Shown in pieces: positions 31,333-41,525 of a stretch of DNA of 64,000 nucleotides. The stretch is from Gammaproteobacteria bacterium (GTDB taxonomy: Bacteria > Pseudomonadota > Gammaproteobacteria > JBCCGL01): the NCBI GenBank assembly GCA_965277715.1, contig OZ255836.1, forward strand, positions 64,001-128,000, in the 5' to 3' direction. The position numbers and the translations under genes are program-made. Position 1 is the first letter of the stretch. Every line of letters starts with the position of its first letter. Under the pieces are notes generated by a model. The model searched no databases. It saw only the letters and a list, made by a program, of their open reading frames with translations, and was not told the DNA's origin.

Positions 31333-32610
31333 TCAGGTGCCAGACAATGCGGCTACCGCTTGCGTGATAGCGGCATTTGTTTTCGACAGGTCATCATCGG
31401 TCAGGGCGAGTGATGGATAGAACTTCCCAGGTGATTTAAAAACACCGTTTCTGCGAAGCACGTCGTTGTAGATGGCGTGCTGATTTGGGTCGCGGTGTTT
31501 CGCGCTGCGGTAATCGACACAATCGGCATCGGTGAAGTACACATCGAATAGTGTCGGGTCACCGCAGATTTGGTGTGCGATGCCGGCCGCTGTCAGTTTG
31601 TCGGACTGCATGTTCTGTAGCGTTTGCCCCCGCATGCGCAATGTGTCATAGGTTCCTTCACGTCTCAGGATTTCCATGGTTTTCAGGCCAGCCGCTGCGG
31701 CGATGGGGTTGCCGGAGAGAGTGCCGAGTTGCATCAGCCATTTGCCACTGCCGACGATGCGTTTGTCGAAGTGTTGCATGATTTCTGCGCTCGCACCCAG
31801 AGCCGCGAGCGGAAAGCCACCACCGATAATCTTGCCAAGGGTGCAGATATCTGGCACCACACCATAACGCGCCTGCGCACCGCTGTAGGCCAGCCGGAAG
31901 CCGGTGACGATTTCATCGAAGATCAGGAGTGCGTCGTGCTGATCGCAGAGCGCTCGCAAACCTGCAAGAAAGCCGGGTGCGGCGGGGATGATGCGCTGTA
32001 GCGGCTCAACGATGATCGCGGCAATATCACTGTGCGCCGCCATCAATGACTCAACGGCATCGAGGTCATTGAAAGGAGCGATGATCATCTGCTCGGCAAC
32101 GTGTTGCGGAATGCCTGCGCTATCGGGAACGGCCTGCGGGAAATCCATTTCGATACCGGGGGCGAGGCTCATCTGTGCTTCGGCGCTCATGCCGTGATAG
32201 CCACCCTCGAATTTGATGATTTTATTACGGCCGGTGAACGCGCGCGCCAGTCTGATCGCGTACATATCGGCCTCGCCACCCGAGGCCACGAACCTTATCT
32301 GTTGACAACAGGGTACTGCCTCGCATATGACTTCAGCCAGTTCAATCCCCCTGGTGTTGTTGGCGAAAAAGGTCATTCCTCTGGGGAGTTGTTCAAGCAC
32401 GGCTTCGATGACTTCGGGGTGGCCGTGGCCCAGCAACATGGGGCCAGAGCCGATCAGGTAGTCGACATATTCGTTGCCATCCTCGTCCCAGACATGGCTG
32501 CCTTCGCCCCGTGCGATGATAATTCCAGGGTCGAAATTGCCGAAGCCGCCTGCTGGTAGCACTTCGCGGGCGCGAGCGATCCATTCATCCTGCGTGCGCA
32601 GTTTGTTCAT
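31333..32610 (-). CDS. Class-III PLP aminotransferase (GSA-aminomutase-like)
   Basis: GNEYVDY, GYHG, LIFDEIVTGFR, LGKIIGGG, GTLSGNP. Confidence 0.9.
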   Translation of the reverse strand: MNKLRTQDEWIARAREVLPAGGFGNFDPGIIIARGEGSHVWDEDGNEYVDYLIGSGPMLLGHGHPEVIEAVLEQLPRGMTFFANNTRGIELAEVICEAVPCCQQIRFVASGGEADMYAIRLARAFTGRNKIIKFEGGYHGMSAEAQMSLAPGIEMDFPQAVPDSAGIPQHVAEQMIIAPFNDLDAVESLMAAHSDIAAIIVEPLQRIIPAAPGFLAGLRALCDQHDALLIFDEIVTGFRLAYSGAQARYGVVPDICTLGKIIGGGFPLAALGASAEIMQHFDKRIVGSGKWLMQLGTLSGNPIAAAAGLKTMEILRREGTYDTLRMRGQTLQNMQSDKLTAAGIAHQICGDPTLFDVYFTDADCVDYRSAKHRDPNQHAIYNDVLRRNGVFKSPGKFYPSLALTDDDLSKTNAAITQAVAALSGT

Positions 32611-32614
32611 CGGG

Positions 32615-33718
32615 TCAGTCCAGTATCAGCTCAGGGCTGCCAAGCAGGTCGAGGTCAGGATTGACTCCGAGACCGGGCGCGGAAGGAGGTGCGATGCGCC
32701 CATTCGTGCGCACGGGGGCGCCAGGGTCGAGTCGTGGCGCGACATACGCGGAGAGGTCGCAGACATTCATAAGCTGTTCGGCAGTGGTGGTTGCGCCCAA
32801 ATGCAGGGCGGCGGCGGTTGTGATGTCACTGCCCCAGGTGTCTTCGATGCACATCTTCGCGCCGAGGTGAAGGCAGAGATCGCGGGCACGCCGGGCGGCG
32901 GACAGGCCGCCAAATTTAGATAATTTCAAAGCGACAGCATCCATAATTCCCAGCCTGTAGCCTTCCAGCAGGGATGCTGTGTCATGAGCGTTTTCGTCGA
33001 GCTTCATAGGCAGGCCGGTTGCGGCCCGCACGGCGGCGCATTCCGCCATGGTCTGGCAGGGCTGTTCAAGCATAACGTCAAGAGGGGCAACTGCTCTGCC
33101 GACTCGGGTGGCTTCGAGCTGCGTTGCGCCGCAATTCCAATCGCCATAGACCAATGGCCCTGGGCCGACTGCTTCGCGCACTTTGCTCAACCGGGCGATA
33201 TCGGCCTGCCAGTCTGCATCCGCGCCCAATTTGACCTGGAATTGTGTGATGCCCTGATATTTTGCCTCACGTGCGATCCGTGCCATTTCGTCCGGGTCGA
33301 TGCAGGTGATCGAGTGATAGATCGGCATATCGGCCTGGCGCTGCCCACCCAACAGGGCGGAGAGTGGCAGCTTTGCTACTTTTGCGGTCAAGTCCCAGAA
33401 CGCAATGTCCAGTGCCGATTTAGCGTAGGCGTGCCCCGGTAGAAAGGCATCGACACGGCTCATCAGCGCTTCCGGGCCAACCGGATCGGCACCGAGAATA
33501 ACCGGGGCCAATTCCTGTAGAGCGGGCGCTACACCGCGGGCAAAGGCGGGCAGGTAGTGCGGGATTGGGCAAACCTCACCCCACCCACAAAATCCGCTGT
33601 CTGTCTCCACACGTAAAATGACGGTTTCGACGGTGTCGCAGGTCTTGCCAGCCGACATGTAATAGGTTTGGTGGCTGGTCAACGGCAGGTGCCAGAGAGA
33701 CAGGTTTGTGATTTTCAT
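32615..33718 (-). CDS. Enolase-superfamily racemase/epimerase (HpbD / hydroxyproline dehydratase-like)
   Basis: GWGEVCP, QVK, DWN, EQP, LDE, LKLSK, EDTWG. Confidence 0.85.
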   Translation of the reverse strand: MKITNLSLWHLPLTSHQTYYMSAGKTCDTVETVILRVETDSGFCGWGEVCPIPHYLPAFARGVAPALQELAPVILGADPVGPEALMSRVDAFLPGHAYAKSALDIAFWDLTAKVAKLPLSALLGGQRQADMPIYHSITCIDPDEMARIAREAKYQGITQFQVKLGADADWQADIARLSKVREAVGPGPLVYGDWNCGATQLEATRVGRAVAPLDVMLEQPCQTMAECAAVRAATGLPMKLDENAHDTASLLEGYRLGIMDAVALKLSKFGGLSAARRARDLCLHLGAKMCIEDTWGSDITTAAALHLGATTTAEQLMNVCDLSAYVAPRLDPGAPVRTNGRIAPPSAPGLGVNPDLDLLGSPELILD

Positions 33719-33788
33719 CTGTACCCCGCAACCGGCGGGCACGGCGCCTGGGTGTGTTCGGTATGGGAAACGGTAGTGGTGGGTATCT

Positions 33789-34874
33789 TCATGGGCAGAC
33801 GACGATGTTGCCGGTGTGCAGTTTGGCGATGAAGGCCGCCTGCGCCTCGTGTAGCTGATCCAGCGGGTAGGTGGCTGCGAGGGCAGGTTTAACCGCGCCC
33901 GCTTCGATATAGCGCACGAGGTTGGTAGTGATCCCGGGGGGGATCACGGTTGAGCCGGTGAAGCTTAGGTCACGCAGGTAGAAGGTGCGCAGATCCAGCG
34001 AGACCATTGGGCCGGCAATGGCGCCCGAGCAGGTATAGCGACCACCGCGTTCGAGTATATCGATCAGCCTGGGCCAGTACGGCCCGCCGACAATATCGGC
34101 GACCACAGTCACTTGCGCCTCTCCCAGCGCAGCGCGCAGGTTTTCCGGCGCACGGGGCAGGACGAGGTCGGCGCCAAGCGCGGTTACATCGGCGTGTTTG
34201 GCTTCTGATGCCAGCGCGATCACACGTGCGTGGCGGTGTTTGGCTAGCTGCACGAGTGCGCCGCCCACGCCGCCGGATGCGCCGGGCACCAGCACTGTGT
34301 CCGCTGCTGTTACGTTCGCACGCGTTAACATACCTTCTGCCGTCGAGTAAGCGCAGGAAAAAGTCGCCAGCTCCGCATCCGACAGATCCGACTGGATGGC
34401 AATGGCGTTGTGGGCGGGAATCACTGTGAATTCGGCAAAGCCACCATCGCGTTCCGAGCCGAAATAGCCGGTCTTGTTTTTGTTGAGTGGGTCGTCTGGG
34501 TCGCGCAGCCAGTTGTCGGTAATGACGCGTTCGCCGATACGCACCGGGTCTACGCCTGAACCCACGGCGGCAATTTCACCGCAAACATCTGCGCCCTGGA
34601 TACGGGGGAAGGAAATCGGTGCACTGCCCCAGGTGGGGTCATCCTCACCCACTTCTGCAAATGCATCGCCCGTGGTGGCATCGTTCACTTTTTTTGAGTA
34701 CCAACCGGAGCGCGTATTGACGTCGGTGTTGTTCAGACCGCAGGCACGCACGCGGATAAGTACCTCACCTGCGTCGGGTTCGGGGCGGGGCCAGTCTTCG
34801 TACAGCTTCATTTGTTCAAGGCCACCATGGCCGACTGTGACCATGGCGCGCATTGTTTTTGGTAGGTTGGCCAT
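33789..34874 (-). CDS. MDR-family (zinc-binding alcohol dehydrogenase-like) oxidoreductase
   Basis: CGLNNTD, PRIQGAD, GASGGVG. Confidence 0.85.
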   Translation of the reverse strand: MANLPKTMRAMVTVGHGGLEQMKLYEDWPRPEPDAGEVLIRVRACGLNNTDVNTRSGWYSKKVNDATTGDAFAEVGEDDPTWGSAPISFPRIQGADVCGEIAAVGSGVDPVRIGERVITDNWLRDPDDPLNKNKTGYFGSERDGGFAEFTVIPAHNAIAIQSDLSDAELATFSCAYSTAEGMLTRANVTAADTVLVPGASGGVGGALVQLAKHRHARVIALASEAKHADVTALGADLVLPRAPENLRAALGEAQVTVVADIVGGPYWPRLIDILERGGRYTCSGAIAGPMVSLDLRTFYLRDLSFTGSTVIPPGITTNLVRYIEAGAVKPALAATYPLDQLHEAQAAFIAKLHTGNIVVCP

Positions 34875-34885
34875 ATGTTCTCTTT

Positions 34886-37324
34886 TTAAGTGTCTGTGCG
34901 TGGTAGAAGGTTTTTTGGGTCGTAGGCCGCCTCGGCCAGGACACGGGCGGCGCGGGGTTCGCCATGGATTATTACCTGCAAAGCCGTGCCGTGCCTGGCG
35001 GCCTCGGGCTTGATGTAGGCAAAGGCCAGGATTTTGCCGATGGTATGGCCATAGGCCACTGAGGCTGTTGAGCCGACCACCTGTCCTTTGAGGAGCACCG
35101 CTTCGCCGCCATGGCCGTCAATTTTACCGTCCGGCTCGATTTCGAGGTAGGCACAAATCCACGGCAGGTCGGTATTTAACGTTTTATCGCGCCCCAGGTA
35201 TTCCTTGTCGGTGCGGGCAAAGCGCAGCACATCGGCTTCGGCCAGGGTGACTTCGTTGGTCAGTTCACCGGCACCTTTGAAGCCTTTTTCCATCCGCATG
35301 GTATTCATTGCGAAGGAGCCGTAGTCAACGATTCCATGCGCCGCGCCCCCGGCCCAAAGTGCATTGTAGACATCTATACAGGCGGCGAAGGGCATGTGTA
35401 ACTCCCAACCGAGCTCGCCGGCATATGATATTCTGAACGCCCAAATCCGGTGCCCTGCGAGGTTGATTTCCCGTGCCGAGAGCCAACGGAAACCGGCATT
35501 TGACAGGTCGGCAGTTGTGCAGGCGGCCAGTACGTCACGCGCTCTGGGGCCATTCAAAGAAAGCGCGGCCCAGGAAGAGGATAAGGGTGTAATGGTGGCT
35601 TTCCCGGAAGCGCGGTTGTGTGCAAGATGATCCAGTAAGCGCTGTTCAAAAAAGGCGGCACAGACCAGGTAATACCGCTCTGCGGACATGCGCACGATGG
35701 TGGCTTCGAGTTCGATCCGGCCCCGCCGGTTCAGCAGGTGGGTGAGGATGATACCACCGTCTTTTTGTGGCATGCGGTTGGCGACCAGGCGATCCAGCAA
35801 CGTGTGGGCTTCCGGGCCGGACACTTCTACCTTGGTAAAGGCGGTTATGTCCATGATGCCGACGTTGTTACGGACGGTGCGCACCTCTGCACCGACCCTA
35901 TCGAAAACCTCGTTCCGCCTGAACGAATAGTAGTCACGCTGTTCAATGTCGCCCCGGGCAAACCAGCGAGGGCGTTCAAACCCGTAGACTTCTTCGTAAA
36001 CCGCGCCTTTCGCTTTCAGGGTGTCATAAAGCGGGGAGGGTTTGATCGGTCGTCCAGCCGGGCGATTGAAGTGTGGGAAAGGGATTTCATGGCGCAGTTT
36101 GTAGTCCTCGTGTGCCTTGATCACTTGCCAGTCTTTGACGGCGTAGCTGCCGAATCGGCGTGGGTCGTAATCACGCATCGAAATGTCTGCCGCACCGTGC
36201 ACCATCCACCTGGCAAGCTCGCGTGTCAGCCCCGGCCCCCAGCCGATGCCGATTTGTGTGCCACAACAGCACCAGTAATTTTTAACCCCCGGAGCTGGCC
36301 CCAGCATTGGGTTGCCGTCCGGCGGGTGTGAGATTGCGCCATGCACTTCGCGCGCGATACCCAGCTCGGCAAGGACCGGCATGCGCGCCATGGCGTTTTC
36401 CAACCAGGGCATAATGCGGTCGTAATCGGCTGAGAAGAGTTCATTTTCAGCGTCCCAGGGGCAGTGGTCTTCCCAGACGGAGTTGGCGTTCTCTTTTTCA
36501 TAAATGCCAATAAGCCCTTTTTTCTGTTCCATGCGGATATAGCCCGAGACCATTTTATCGTCGCGCACAACGGGCAATTCGACAGGCAAGTTGCTGAACG
36601 CGGGGACATCCTCTGTGACAATGTAGTGATGGGTCATGCTGGTCATCGGTAGCTGCAAGCCCGACCACTCTCCCATTTGCCGGGCATACGTCCCGCCGGC
36701 ATTAACCACGTGTTCGCAAATGACGGTACCTTTTTCGGTCTCGACAACCCATTCACCGGCATTGTTCTGAGTGATATTGGTGGCACGGCAGGAACGGAAT
36801 ATCTGAACACCTTTTTGACGGGCGCCAATCGCCATGGCCATCGTGACATTTGATGGGTCAACGTGACCGTCGTCGGGGGTATAGAGCGCACCGAGCACGC
36901 CATCGAGGCTATAGAAAGGGTGTTTTTTAGCGATGAATTCAGGATCTACCAACGCTATGTTGAACCCCAGAGCCCTACCCACGGAAAGGGTGTGACGCAG
37001 CCAGTCGATCTCGTCTTCGGTGTAGGCCAGGCGGAAGGATCCGCAACCGTGCCATGTGACGGCCTGTCCTGTCTCCTGCGCCAAATGCTTTGAATACAGG
37101 CCAATATTGTAATCGACCATTTTGCCGAGGCTGTAGGCGCTGGTCGAATGGGTAATCTGCCCCGCAGCGTGCCAGGTGCTACCCGAGGTTAGCTCGGCCT
37201 TTTCCAGGAGTATTGTTTCTGACCCCCAGCCCTCATGGCCCAGATGATAGGCCAGCCCAACGCCCATTATACCGCCACCGACGATGACGACACGTGCGTG
37301 AGAGGGGAGGCTTTTTTCGGACAT
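34886..37324 (-). CDS. GcvT-family FAD/folate-dependent dehydrogenase (dimethylglycine dehydrogenase-like)
   Basis: GGGIMG, LTSGSTWHAAG, DGHVDP, SYAGELGWELH, MRMEKG. Confidence 0.92.
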   Translation of the reverse strand: MSEKSLPSHARVVIVGGGIMGVGLAYHLGHEGWGSETILLEKAELTSGSTWHAAGQITHSTSAYSLGKMVDYNIGLYSKHLAQETGQAVTWHGCGSFRLAYTEDEIDWLRHTLSVGRALGFNIALVDPEFIAKKHPFYSLDGVLGALYTPDDGHVDPSNVTMAMAIGARQKGVQIFRSCRATNITQNNAGEWVVETEKGTVICEHVVNAGGTYARQMGEWSGLQLPMTSMTHHYIVTEDVPAFSNLPVELPVVRDDKMVSGYIRMEQKKGLIGIYEKENANSVWEDHCPWDAENELFSADYDRIMPWLENAMARMPVLAELGIAREVHGAISHPPDGNPMLGPAPGVKNYWCCCGTQIGIGWGPGLTRELARWMVHGAADISMRDYDPRRFGSYAVKDWQVIKAHEDYKLRHEIPFPHFNRPAGRPIKPSPLYDTLKAKGAVYEEVYGFERPRWFARGDIEQRDYYSFRRNEVFDRVGAEVRTVRNNVGIMDITAFTKVEVSGPEAHTLLDRLVANRMPQKDGGIILTHLLNRRGRIELEATIVRMSAERYYLVCAAFFEQRLLDHLAHNRASGKATITPLSSSWAALSLNGPRARDVLAACTTADLSNAGFRWLSAREINLAGHRIWAFRISYAGELGWELHMPFAACIDVYNALWAGGAAHGIVDYGSFAMNTMRMEKGFKGAGELTNEVTLAEADVLRFARTDKEYLGRDKTLNTDLPWICAYLEIEPDGKIDGHGGEAVLLKGQVVGSTASVAYGHTIGKILAFAYIKPEAARHGTALQVIIHGEPRAARVLAEAAYDPKNLLPRTDT

Positions 37325-37389
37325 TTTTACCATCGGCGCACCGTGAAATTGCTCGACAGCTTAGCAATGTAAATGTACCATCGTCAACC

Positions 37390-38271
37390 ATGAATGATAC
37401 AAATGTATCAAGCGCCGTTATCGGCCGCCTTACTGACGAATGGGACGAGCTGACCCCGGAGACCCAGAAGGCCGCACGCTATATTCTGGAAAATCCTGCC
37501 GAGGTGGGCGTGTCGACCGTGCGTGAAATCGCCAGAGCTGCGCGGGTTAACCCGAACACCGTGGTGCGCATGGCCCGGCAGGTTGGTTATGATGGCTATG
37601 AGGAATTTCGCGCACCTTTCCGCGAAGCCATTCGCCGGGGCACTGCGAGTTTCCCTGATCGTGCGCGCTGGTTACAGGGTATCGCGAAGTCGGACGATCT
37701 GGGTGGGCTTTTTGCCGATATGGTGGGATCGACATTACAAAATATCGAGGCAACCTTCGCGAATATCAGCGCGATCGACCTGAAAGCCGCCGCCGAGGTT
37801 ATCTGGGCCAGCCGCAATGTCTATACACTTGGGGTCGGCGTGAACAACGCCAACGCTCGCAATTTTACCTATCTGGCCTCGACCGGTATGAAAGAATTTC
37901 ACGCCATCCCGCGCCCGGGGTCGACGCCGGTGGATGATCTGGCCTGGGCCGACGACCGGGACGTGCTGATTGCCATGACCTGTCGGCCTTTCAGGGTTGA
38001 AGTGGTCGAGGCGGTGCGTATCGCGCGCGAACAGGGACTCACGGTGATCGCGATTTCAGATAGCCCGGCCAGCCCGGTCATTCTCTCGGCACAACACGGT
38101 TTTGTCGTGTCAGCCGACACGCCACAATTCTTCCCCTCATCGGTTTCGACTATCGCGCTTTTGGAAACGCTCCTGAGCTTTGTTATCTCCGTTGCCTCCG
38201 ACGAAATTGTTGAGCGGGTCGAGACCTTCCATCGACGCCGACACCAATTGGGAATTTACTGCGATGAATGA
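37390..38271 (+). CDS. RpiR/MurR-family transcriptional regulator
   Basis: N-terminal HTH (TVREIARAARVNPNTVVRMARQVGY) plus SIS domain (ISDSPASP). Confidence 0.9.
   Translation: MNDTNVSSAVIGRLTDEWDELTPETQKAARYILENPAEVGVSTVREIARAARVNPNTVVRMARQVGYDGYEEFRAPFREAIRRGTASFPDRARWLQGIAKSDDLGGLFADMVGSTLQNIEATFANISAIDLKAAAEVIWASRNVYTLGVGVNNANARNFTYLASTGMKEFHAIPRPGSTPVDDLAWADDRDVLIAMTCRPFRVEVVEAVRIAREQGLTVIAISDSPASPVILSAQHGFVVSADTPQFFPSSVSTIALLETLLSFVISVASDEIVERVETFHRRRHQLGIYCDE
37395..37410. promoter_or_regulatory. Palindrome, candidate RpiR operator
   Basis: TGATACA-AA-TGTATCA at the regulator start, within the divergent control region. Confidence 0.45.
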
Positions 38272-39361
38272 TATGCCCGAACCCGTGCGCTCTCTGGAGG
38301 CGCGGTACTACACCGATCCGGCCATTTATGAAGCGGAAAAAACGGGGCTGCTGGCGCGCACATGGCAATTCGCCGGTCATGCGTCACGGCTCGAAAACAG
38401 TGGTGATTATTTTAGCGTCGAGCTGGCCAGTGAGAGCCTGTTCTGTGTTAAAGGACAGGATGGGGTGATCCGCACATTCTATAACGTCTGCCAGCACCGT
38501 GCGCACCAGATTGTGTCGGGTGAAGGCACTGCCCGTGTCATCGTTTGCCCCTACCACGCCTGGACTTACGCGTTGACCGGCGAATTGTGGGCAGGCCCCA
38601 ATATCAATTCCGTTGAAGGGTTTGACCGGTCGAAAATTTGCCTGACCGAAGTCCGTACCGAAGTATTTCTGGGCTTCGTTTTCGTGAACCTCGATTCTGA
38701 GGCGAAACCGATGGATGACTGGTTTCCCGGTGTGCGGGCGGAACTCGAGGAATTTGTACCGAACTGGTCGGCACTCAAGCCGCTTGAATGGGTGGCGGTT
38801 TCTGAACGCTGCAACTGGAAGGTTTCGGTGGAGAATTATTCCGAGTGCTACCATTGCAAAATCAATCATCCAACCTTTGCTACCGGGGTTATCAAACCAG
38901 AAACCTATGACATCCAGCCCCAGGGTTACTGCCTGCGGCACACCACTGAATGCAACAGCCTGAAACAGATGACGTATGACATCAATTCGGTCTTTGCCAA
39001 TAGTGACAAGTATTCCAGTTGGTTTCTATGGCCTATGTTTTCGTTTCAGGTCTACCCCGGTAACCTGCTCAATACCTATCACTGGCGGGTGGTGGATACC
39101 GATAATGTGGTGGTCTGGCGTGGCTGGTATTCGGTCGGCGGCGAGGAGAACGAGATCGTGCGGCAGATGGCCAGGCAGGACAGGGCAACCACGGTGGAAG
39201 AGGATATTGGCCTGGTTGAAAGCGTTCAGCGCGGGCTGAAGTCCCGGGGCTATGTGCCGGGGCCACTGGTCGTTGACCCTGCTGGTGGTGTCAACTCGGA
39301 GCACTCGATCCTGCATCTGCAACGCTGGATGCGAGAGGCAGTGGATGGAGGGCAGAGCTGA
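38264..39361 (+). CDS. Rieske oxygenase alpha subunit (quaternary-amine oxygenase type)
   Basis: CQHRAH...CPYHAW Rieske ligands; NWK, ENYSECYHC...H; ED. Confidence 0.92.
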   Translation: MNDMPEPVRSLEARYYTDPAIYEAEKTGLLARTWQFAGHASRLENSGDYFSVELASESLFCVKGQDGVIRTFYNVCQHRAHQIVSGEGTARVIVCPYHAWTYALTGELWAGPNINSVEGFDRSKICLTEVRTEVFLGFVFVNLDSEAKPMDDWFPGVRAELEEFVPNWSALKPLEWVAVSERCNWKVSVENYSECYHCKINHPTFATGVIKPETYDIQPQGYCLRHTTECNSLKQMTYDINSVFANSDKYSSWFLWPMFSFQVYPGNLLNTYHWRVVDTDNVVVWRGWYSVGGEENEIVRQMARQDRATTVEEDIGLVESVQRGLKSRGYVPGPLVVDPAGGVNSEHSILHLQRWMREAVDGGQS

Positions 39362-40182
39362 TGATGCCCGCCGAATGGCAGCCCGAACACAAGCTTTTTC
39401 CACACCAGGTTGGCTTTACCTGTCCACCATTCGATTTTGACGCGGCGCCGTCGGACTTTCTGCGTATGGCGCCGGAAACCGTCGGCGTGCATGGCTGGAT
39501 GCTGCATGTCCCCGATTACGTGCACGGTTTGGATCAACGAAAGCAGCACTTCACAATGCTCGACGACTTCGTGCATGTCTGCGCCCGTAACGGGATCGAT
39601 GTGGCGGCGCAGGTTGGGTCCAACTGGGTTCACGCCAGCGGGCTAGGGGTCAATGGTATTCGTCAGTACTGTGAGGACCTGTCCGACAAATATGGCCTGC
39701 CGTTCCATATGGCCGGATACGCAATGGTCGAAGCCCTTCGATCAATGAATGTGGAAAAGGTGGCCCTGAATGCAGCCTATCACTGGCCTAACTGGTGGCA
39801 GGGCACGGTCGGTTTTCTTAAAGAGGCCGGTTTTGATGTGCTTTGGGCGGGAAATTTCCACGACCAAGGCTGGTTTACGTCTCAGGATGAAGTAAACAGT
39901 CACCGCTGGGTATTCGAAGGTGATCTGGCCTTGAAGAGTTTCGACTACGTGGCCGAACAGGCTCCACAGGCCGACGCCTATCTGATCAATGGCATGTGTA
40001 ATTTTCGCAGCGGCCCCGGTGGGCAGCCGCAGCGACCCGTTCACCTGACCCAAAAGCTGGAGCAACGCCTTGGCAAGCCCGTAGTTGGTCACGATACAGC
40101 GCTTTACTGGCGGGTATTCAAATCACTGGGCCTGGCGCCTGTCGCAGTTCATGGACAGCTACTGGAGAGCCTATATGCATAA
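39361..40182 (+). CDS. Asp/Glu racemase superfamily (maleate isomerase / arylmalonate decarboxylase-like) protein
   Basis: VGVHG, KVALNAAYH, YLINGMCN, LEQRLGKPVV. Confidence 0.6.
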   Translation: MMPAEWQPEHKLFPHQVGFTCPPFDFDAAPSDFLRMAPETVGVHGWMLHVPDYVHGLDQRKQHFTMLDDFVHVCARNGIDVAAQVGSNWVHASGLGVNGIRQYCEDLSDKYGLPFHMAGYAMVEALRSMNVEKVALNAAYHWPNWWQGTVGFLKEAGFDVLWAGNFHDQGWFTSQDEVNSHRWVFEGDLALKSFDYVAEQAPQADAYLINGMCNFRSGPGGQPQRPVHLTQKLEQRLGKPVVGHDTALYWRVFKSLGLAPVAVHGQLLESLYA

Positions 40183-40915
40183 AATTGTCGCCCTTTGGGC
40201 TGTGCCGCGTTCTACCTCGACCGCATTTGAATGGATGGTGCGCCAACGCGGTGATCTCGATTGCCTGCACGAGCCTTTCGGCGAGGCCTGGTATCAGGGC
40301 CAGGATCCACTCTGGCATCGCTATGCGCCTGGTTGCAAGACAACGCCGGGGTTGACGCTGGAAAGTGTCTGGCGGGGCATACAGGTGCGCGCCACCAAAG
40401 CCCCTGTCTTCTTGAAGGATTTCCCGCACTATATCAGCCATATGTGGGATGAGGATTTCTTATCGCATTTTACCCATGCGTTCCTGATTCGCGACCCGGC
40501 TAAAACGATTACTTCGATGCATCATAAATGGCCCGATTTCCACGAGGGCGAGGTCGGGTTTCCCGAGCAACGAGCACTTTTTGATCTGCTATGGGCACTG
40601 CACGGCAGGCCGCCTCCGGTTATTGATAGCGACGATTTGCTTGAAAAACCTGCCGAGATGACCGCTGCATTTTGCAAAGCGGTAAGTATCCCCTTTATTA
40701 AAGAGGCGCTGTCATGGGAGCCGGGTGGCGACCCCTCTGCGCATAGCTGGTGGGATGGCGGTTCCTTCCATAAAAACCTGGCTAACTCGACCGGTCTTAG
40801 CCCGCAGACTCGTAGGTATAGTGCATTGGGGGAATTGCCGGATTGGGCTCGGCAAATCTATAGGCGGGTTAAACCACACTACGACCGGCTCTATGCCCAC
40901 AGGATTAAGATCTGA
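40175..40915 (+). CDS. Sulfotransferase-like P-loop protein
   Basis: WAVPRSTSTA, HEPF, FLIRDP, VIDSDDL. Confidence 0.75.
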   Translation: MHKIVALWAVPRSTSTAFEWMVRQRGDLDCLHEPFGEAWYQGQDPLWHRYAPGCKTTPGLTLESVWRGIQVRATKAPVFLKDFPHYISHMWDEDFLSHFTHAFLIRDPAKTITSMHHKWPDFHEGEVGFPEQRALFDLLWALHGRPPPVIDSDDLLEKPAEMTAAFCKAVSIPFIKEALSWEPGGDPSAHSWWDGGSFHKNLANSTGLSPQTRRYSALGELPDWARQIYRRVKPHYDRLYAHRIKI

Positions 40916-40930
40916 AGCGGGGCATATGGG

Positions 40931-41149
40931 CTAAGGAAAAATGCATTTGATCAGAAACAAAGTAAAGCGTCTAAAAACACAGACATTCACGCTCTGATGT
41001 GCCAACACTTTATCGGACACATGGCCGCAACTGATAAACTTGCCCGTTAGCGGATGTTTATACTGATAATAAAATATATCGTTAACTTTTCTGCGGTACA
41101 GGTTTGCCGGTAAATCGGTGGTACCGCGTTTTCTAGGTCGCGGTGCCAT
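40931..41149 (-). pseudogene. N-terminal arm-binding fragment of a lambda-type phage integrase
   Basis: MAPRPRK...LPANLY...YYQYKHPLTGKFISCG followed by unrelated sequence; no catalytic domain. Confidence 0.7.
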
Positions 41150-41276
41150 GTGTCATCAACTTACTGGCCAAGCCGTTTACCGGAACGATTTTTTCCGGGT
41201 CTACGTAATACCGACCGCCCATAATCTGGTCGTATACCACCCCATTTTGCCTAATTTGAATCGAACAATTTGTCGA

Positions 41277-41304
41277 TTGACAATAATACCCACCACGCTA
41301 TTCT
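41277..41304 (+). promoter_or_regulatory. Sigma70-type promoter of the C4/CI-like module
   Basis: TTGACA-N16-TATTCT. Confidence 0.55.
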
Positions 41305-41396
41305 GTGTTGGCATCGGCAAAATCCGGTGTCAAGATTGAGACCCTGGCTCGAAGCGATTAAAAGGCGGATAGATGCCTTTTAGTCGAGTTTATTGT

Positions 41397-41472
41397 TATG
41401 GCAGGTCAACGGGGCCGCCTTCAGGTGGGCCGTTCTTTGGGCCGGTAGTCTCAACCCTGTTGGCTTGCCACC
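41397..41472 (+). ncRNA. C4/CI-like phage immunity antisense RNA
   Basis: Outer stem TGGCAGGTCAACGGGG / CCCTGTTGGCTTGCCA, internal hairpin with CTTC, and GTCTCAA complementary to flanking TTGAGAC/TTGAGGC; overlapping frame reads Ash-like (GRSTGPPSGGP...STLLACH). Confidence 0.65.
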
Positions 41473-41525
41473 AATTGGAAATTGAGGCCTCTTTGGTGGT
41501 TAAACATACCGAAGAGGAAACCACC

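Noticed and set aside
31551-40934. Many long antisense/overlapping ORFs in the GC-rich cluster
   Set aside because: Expected from codon bias opposite real genes; no motifs
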